NCBI RefSeq assembly: GCF_964204645.1
Contig: NC_134030.1
Span: 20,110,210-20,174,209 of the forward strand
From: Tubulanus polymorphus
Taxonomy: Eukaryota; Animalia; Nemertea
Length of the DNA stretch: 64,000 nucleotides
Direction of reading: 5' to 3'
A program made the position numbers and the translations under genes. The notes beneath the pieces were generated by a model. That model was not told where the DNA came from and did not search any database. It saw only the letters and a program-made list of their open reading frames with translations. This document shows, piece after piece, positions 60,075-64,000 of the stretch (positions within the stretch are counted from its first letter, which is position 1; every line of letters starts with the position of its first letter).

Positions 60075-63000
60075 AAGTTTTTCACCACTGAGAGATGATT
60101 AAACTTAATTTACCAACATTTAGTATATATTTGATTTCACCAGGTCAATGCCAGCTTCACTTCAATGTATTGTACTGGTTCTGATTCTGACTCATGTGGC
60201 AAGTTTGTATGTTTCTTGCGATCTCAACGCAGGTAGAACATTTCGAAAATTGATTTCCCTAAAAATTTGAATTTGATCATTTTAACATCATCGATATCAT
60301 GTAAACATTTGCATCAAAATTATAACTAGACCAATATATACTTTCCTTTTCTTGACGAAGAAGAATTTATCTTTCCATAAACGGTAGAAAGAAGATTTGG
60401 CTATTATGTCAAACTTTACTGTTTACATCGCGAAAATATCGTAATAAGAGGCCATCTTGTGAAATAGTCAAACTCAAATGCTTAGGAAAAGTGACCAGAA
60501 AAAATGAAGAAAAAGATTGCTTAAAACCCGGCTAATCGTCCTGGACCAATCAGATGGTGATGTGTCACCCTAATATAAGTTGCATATTTCATAATCATAT
60601 ATAATATCTACCATGTCATATCAAATGGTTCATAATGTTTCATATCTTTTACTAGATGAAATGCTTAATAATAATAATTATAGTATTAATAATGTAATAT
60701 ACTTTATGAATATAGTATCAATATGTGCTTTAATCGTAATCAACATGTCAAGCTACTCAATATGTTTTCAAAGTAATTAGCTCTAGTCAGTGCCCATCAT
60801 TAATTAATTTGTGTCTCTCAAACGTGTCACTAGGTGTTAGTTTGTGAGTCCTGATGTCTACAACTTGTCTGACACCTAGTTCTCACAATATACTCATGAT
60901 TCTGTATATAAAGACTGTGTAAAGTTATGATAATCATTATCACTCCGGGATGCAATAAAGATTGTACATAAGGTTTAACTGCCTTGTTGTTCCTGATGGA
61001 TGGAATCCTGTACCGCTGGTGTAAATGCTAGTTCCCCAGCCAGCCTGCCGATACAACAACAACCAGCCGGTTACAGATGTCTTTAAGGTGCATGTCGCGA
61101 GATGTTGGAATATATAATACTTTTTGATCAAACTGTGAATCATACAAATTAACTACTACGAATTAACCATTTTCAATCATCGCTGTTTTTATATATGACC
61201 TAAATCCAAATATGTTTCGAAATGAATGTACGCGAGCGTGAGCTATGGCACGCTAAGGTCTCGGGCTATTGAACCGGTTACAAGCGGACCACAGGTCCCG
61301 GTTTCACGAATAGTTAATGAGCATAAACCGGTACAAGTTTGTTGTCCTCATCGAAAACATGAAGTAACCAATAGCAATTACACCGTAAATTCTAGTCGTT
61401 AGTTTTTTGTGAAACTCGGGCCAGGTCGGTTTTTACAGGTAATATTTCATAATCCAAATATCAAAACAAATCAAAAACGTTAACTTTATCCAATAATATT
61501 ATCAAAACTCTTCTTCGCTCCTCTCAGCTCAAATCGTTAACAACTTGATTCTCATTTTTAGCTTAAACACAAATCAATTCGAGTTAAGACGAGAACCTAC
61601 TGTATTTGAGTTTCCTGTAACGAGGGTCCATCAGTTTGAAAAAGCTTAAACCTGAGCTAACCTAAATCTATACAACAAGTTAAAAATGTCTACTCACCAA
61701 TTCATGAGTGCAGCTATTGAGTTGTTTATCGGGCCAGGTTGGCGTTACGTCAGCTCGGTTATGCTAGCAATCAGGTCCCGAGGAAGGTACGACGGTCTAG
61801 GAAACTTTTCGGTACAGGAACAGGTACATGAATAGTCTGAAGTCCGTTGGTTGGCTAAGTAATCACAAACTGATAGAAGAGGAATTATCTAAAGAAGACA
61901 ATGCAACGACCACCATTAGAACTTTTAATCTGACTCAATACATTGTAGTCTGTTGAATACGGTATTAGACAACAATAAATTAACTCACCATCAATCTATT
62001 TCCGTGTGGTCTTGGATAATCATGTATTTCTTTGAAGTGTCCCGAGTCAACAGAGTTAATTTAGCCTCGCAGTATCGGCAGCGATTAGATCATAATGTTG
62101 TCAAGTTCGGGAATGGATGATCTAAAAAAAAATGACAATTTGATGTATTTTAACAAGTTTTGATACTGAATTCGGGAATCAATATTCAAATCCAGGTTAG
62201 ATGTACCAGTCCTGAGCCCGAGATAGGACCTCATCAAGACGGTTATTAACCGCAAAGTTGGTCTATCTCGCCTGTAACGCTATTCACAGATCCATGAGTT
62301 CAACTCACCGAAGTTCGCGTCGGGAACTTCCCGATCATCCCGCATCGTCAAGCTCAGATAGAGAGTCGCAGAGACAAGGACACAATATTAACAGCAACAG
62401 TCGGCGTAGAATATCGCATCGTTTCTGATATTTTCATCAGGGATGATCATAGATTACCGGCTTTCTGTAAAATATAAACCGACAAGAACGTACAGAAAAA
62501 CATGGAGAAAATATCTAAACATCCAACAATCCCGGTATTTGAATGCTCGAGACCGCCACTGGTATGCGACTTAACAAAGAGATGTGAGAAACGGAATTCT
62601 CCCAATACAATATTTTTGGCAAGACTTATTCAACCGAACAAGTCGAAACAAACAAATTAAGCATTTCCTGCATCTCTATAATTCAAGAAATTTAGCATTT
62701 TTGTAAATGTAGTAATTGAACTAGTATATCATTTAACAATAGGTGACGTGTAGATTGATATAAACTGGTCTCAAATATAATTTCAACTTACACGAATACG
62801 GCCTATGTTTTATCCTACTGAATTAACAGCGACGCGAACCGCTCCTATCACCGAACAACCACCGTCTGACCAGATATCAGCTGACACACTCGGGTTTGGT
62901 ACACCATGTATACGTGGTCATCGGAGCGGTGAATGTATTTCCAGGTCCAATAGTAAATCGAACAGGAGGAACGCCGACTCCGTGACGCTTATAGTACTAT

Positions 63001-63329
63001 CATACTATACAACGAATAAGACTATATGAAACTACAAGTAGTGCATTTTACTGAATGAAATCACGCAATTCGACATATAATTCAATATGAATAATGAAAA
63101 ACATTATAAATCTCATTTTCATCATGTCATGTAAGATTAGTATCTTACAACGTAGTAATTCACATACAAAACACCGTAAATAACGTCACTACGGCATGCT
63201 TTAAACCTGCCATACAGTCATTGAAATGCCCTAACACTGATATGTAGCGGACTTGGGTATATTGGAAAATTTGAAAAGTGTAGAAATTTATTTTTTCAAC
63301 ACCCGACTCACTTCACTCATATTACGTAC

Positions 63330-64000
63330 TTTTTTTTTAGTTAAGTTTATTTACTCCACAATTATACAATTGCACAGAGCACAAAATTAATTTACAATAG
63401 ACATTGCAACATTTAACATTAGAAATGTATTAAACATTTGCGTATATACAACGCCAATTTTTTAAGAGTTTGGCAATTTGAGTTGAACAAATCATACAAC
63501 TTTACGTTATTGGGGAATCTCCAATAACGCTCCGGGATATATCTAGCTCTGGATTCCTGGAAGTACGGGCAGACGAGTAAAAAGTGATATTCATCCCCCA
63601 CCGCCACTAAATCACACTTTTGGCACAGCCTATTGGCACGGGCAATTCCACGCCACCGCCCAACTTCCACCGGTAGCCTGTGAGCTGAGCATCTAAATCT
63701 ACATAAAGTTAACCGGTCCCTAGGGGTTAATTCAGTTAGATACTTTTCCATTTCGAAACGGCATTTGATTGTTAGATACGTAACAGCCATAGTGGAATCA
63801 GTAAGTTTTGCATGCCAGACTTGCATAAACTGATCCTGCAATCTCTGTTTAAGAATCAGACTCAAGTAATTCACGTTTGGAATATTTTGATTTTCCCAAA
63901 TATATCCGAGCCCATTTCGGAGCAAAATGTTCTTCACAGAATCCATCCAAGAGTTAGCTTTACCATCAATATAGCTATTATAAACACAACTGTAAACCTT
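63330..64000 (-). mobile_element. 3' end of a non-LTR retrotransposon (LINE): ORF2 C-terminus (to 63419), 3' UTR and A-tail
   Basis: RFRCSAHRLPVEVGRW...RLCQKC...GDEYHFLLVCP zinc-knuckle region typical of post-RT domains; AATAAA then A-run at ~63330-63350; the ORF runs off the window. Confidence 0.88.

Overview
AT-rich, intron-containing animal DNA. The gene content suggests a marine lophotrochozoan, and a nemertean would fit, but this is inference. The window is a duplication-rich cluster. (i) Three 3-exon paralogues of a very large (~1,920 aa) GRL101-type LGR receptor (signal-CUB/CUB-like-C-type lectin-LDLa x~7-LRR-7TM): one on + (5' truncated by the window edge) and two on -. They show patchwork near-identity consistent with gene conversion. 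(ii) A family of small 3-exon genes on the - strand that the ORF track does not assemble. They encode secreted 8-Cys knottin (ICK)-like peptides with a conserved signal peptide and a hypervariable mature region: three intact copies, one copy with a single nonsense codon, and one dead duplicated exon, interleaved with the receptors. (iii) An intronless rhodopsin-type GPCR plus two GPCR relics. (iv) A secreted protein made of PCSK9-C-terminal/resistin-like Cys modules, and a further putative small secreted peptide gene. (v) Many repeats: a 92-bp minisatellite concentrated in the peptide-gene introns, a 55-bp satellite, a 42-bp repeat with coding potential, Penelope-like termini carrying minimal hammerhead ribozymes, MITEs, a tRNA-derived SINE and LINE 3' fragments. 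The best candidate for a new system is the knottin-peptide family and its co-clustering with diversifying orphan GRL101-type receptors. All gene models were spliced and translated by hand and have no expression support.
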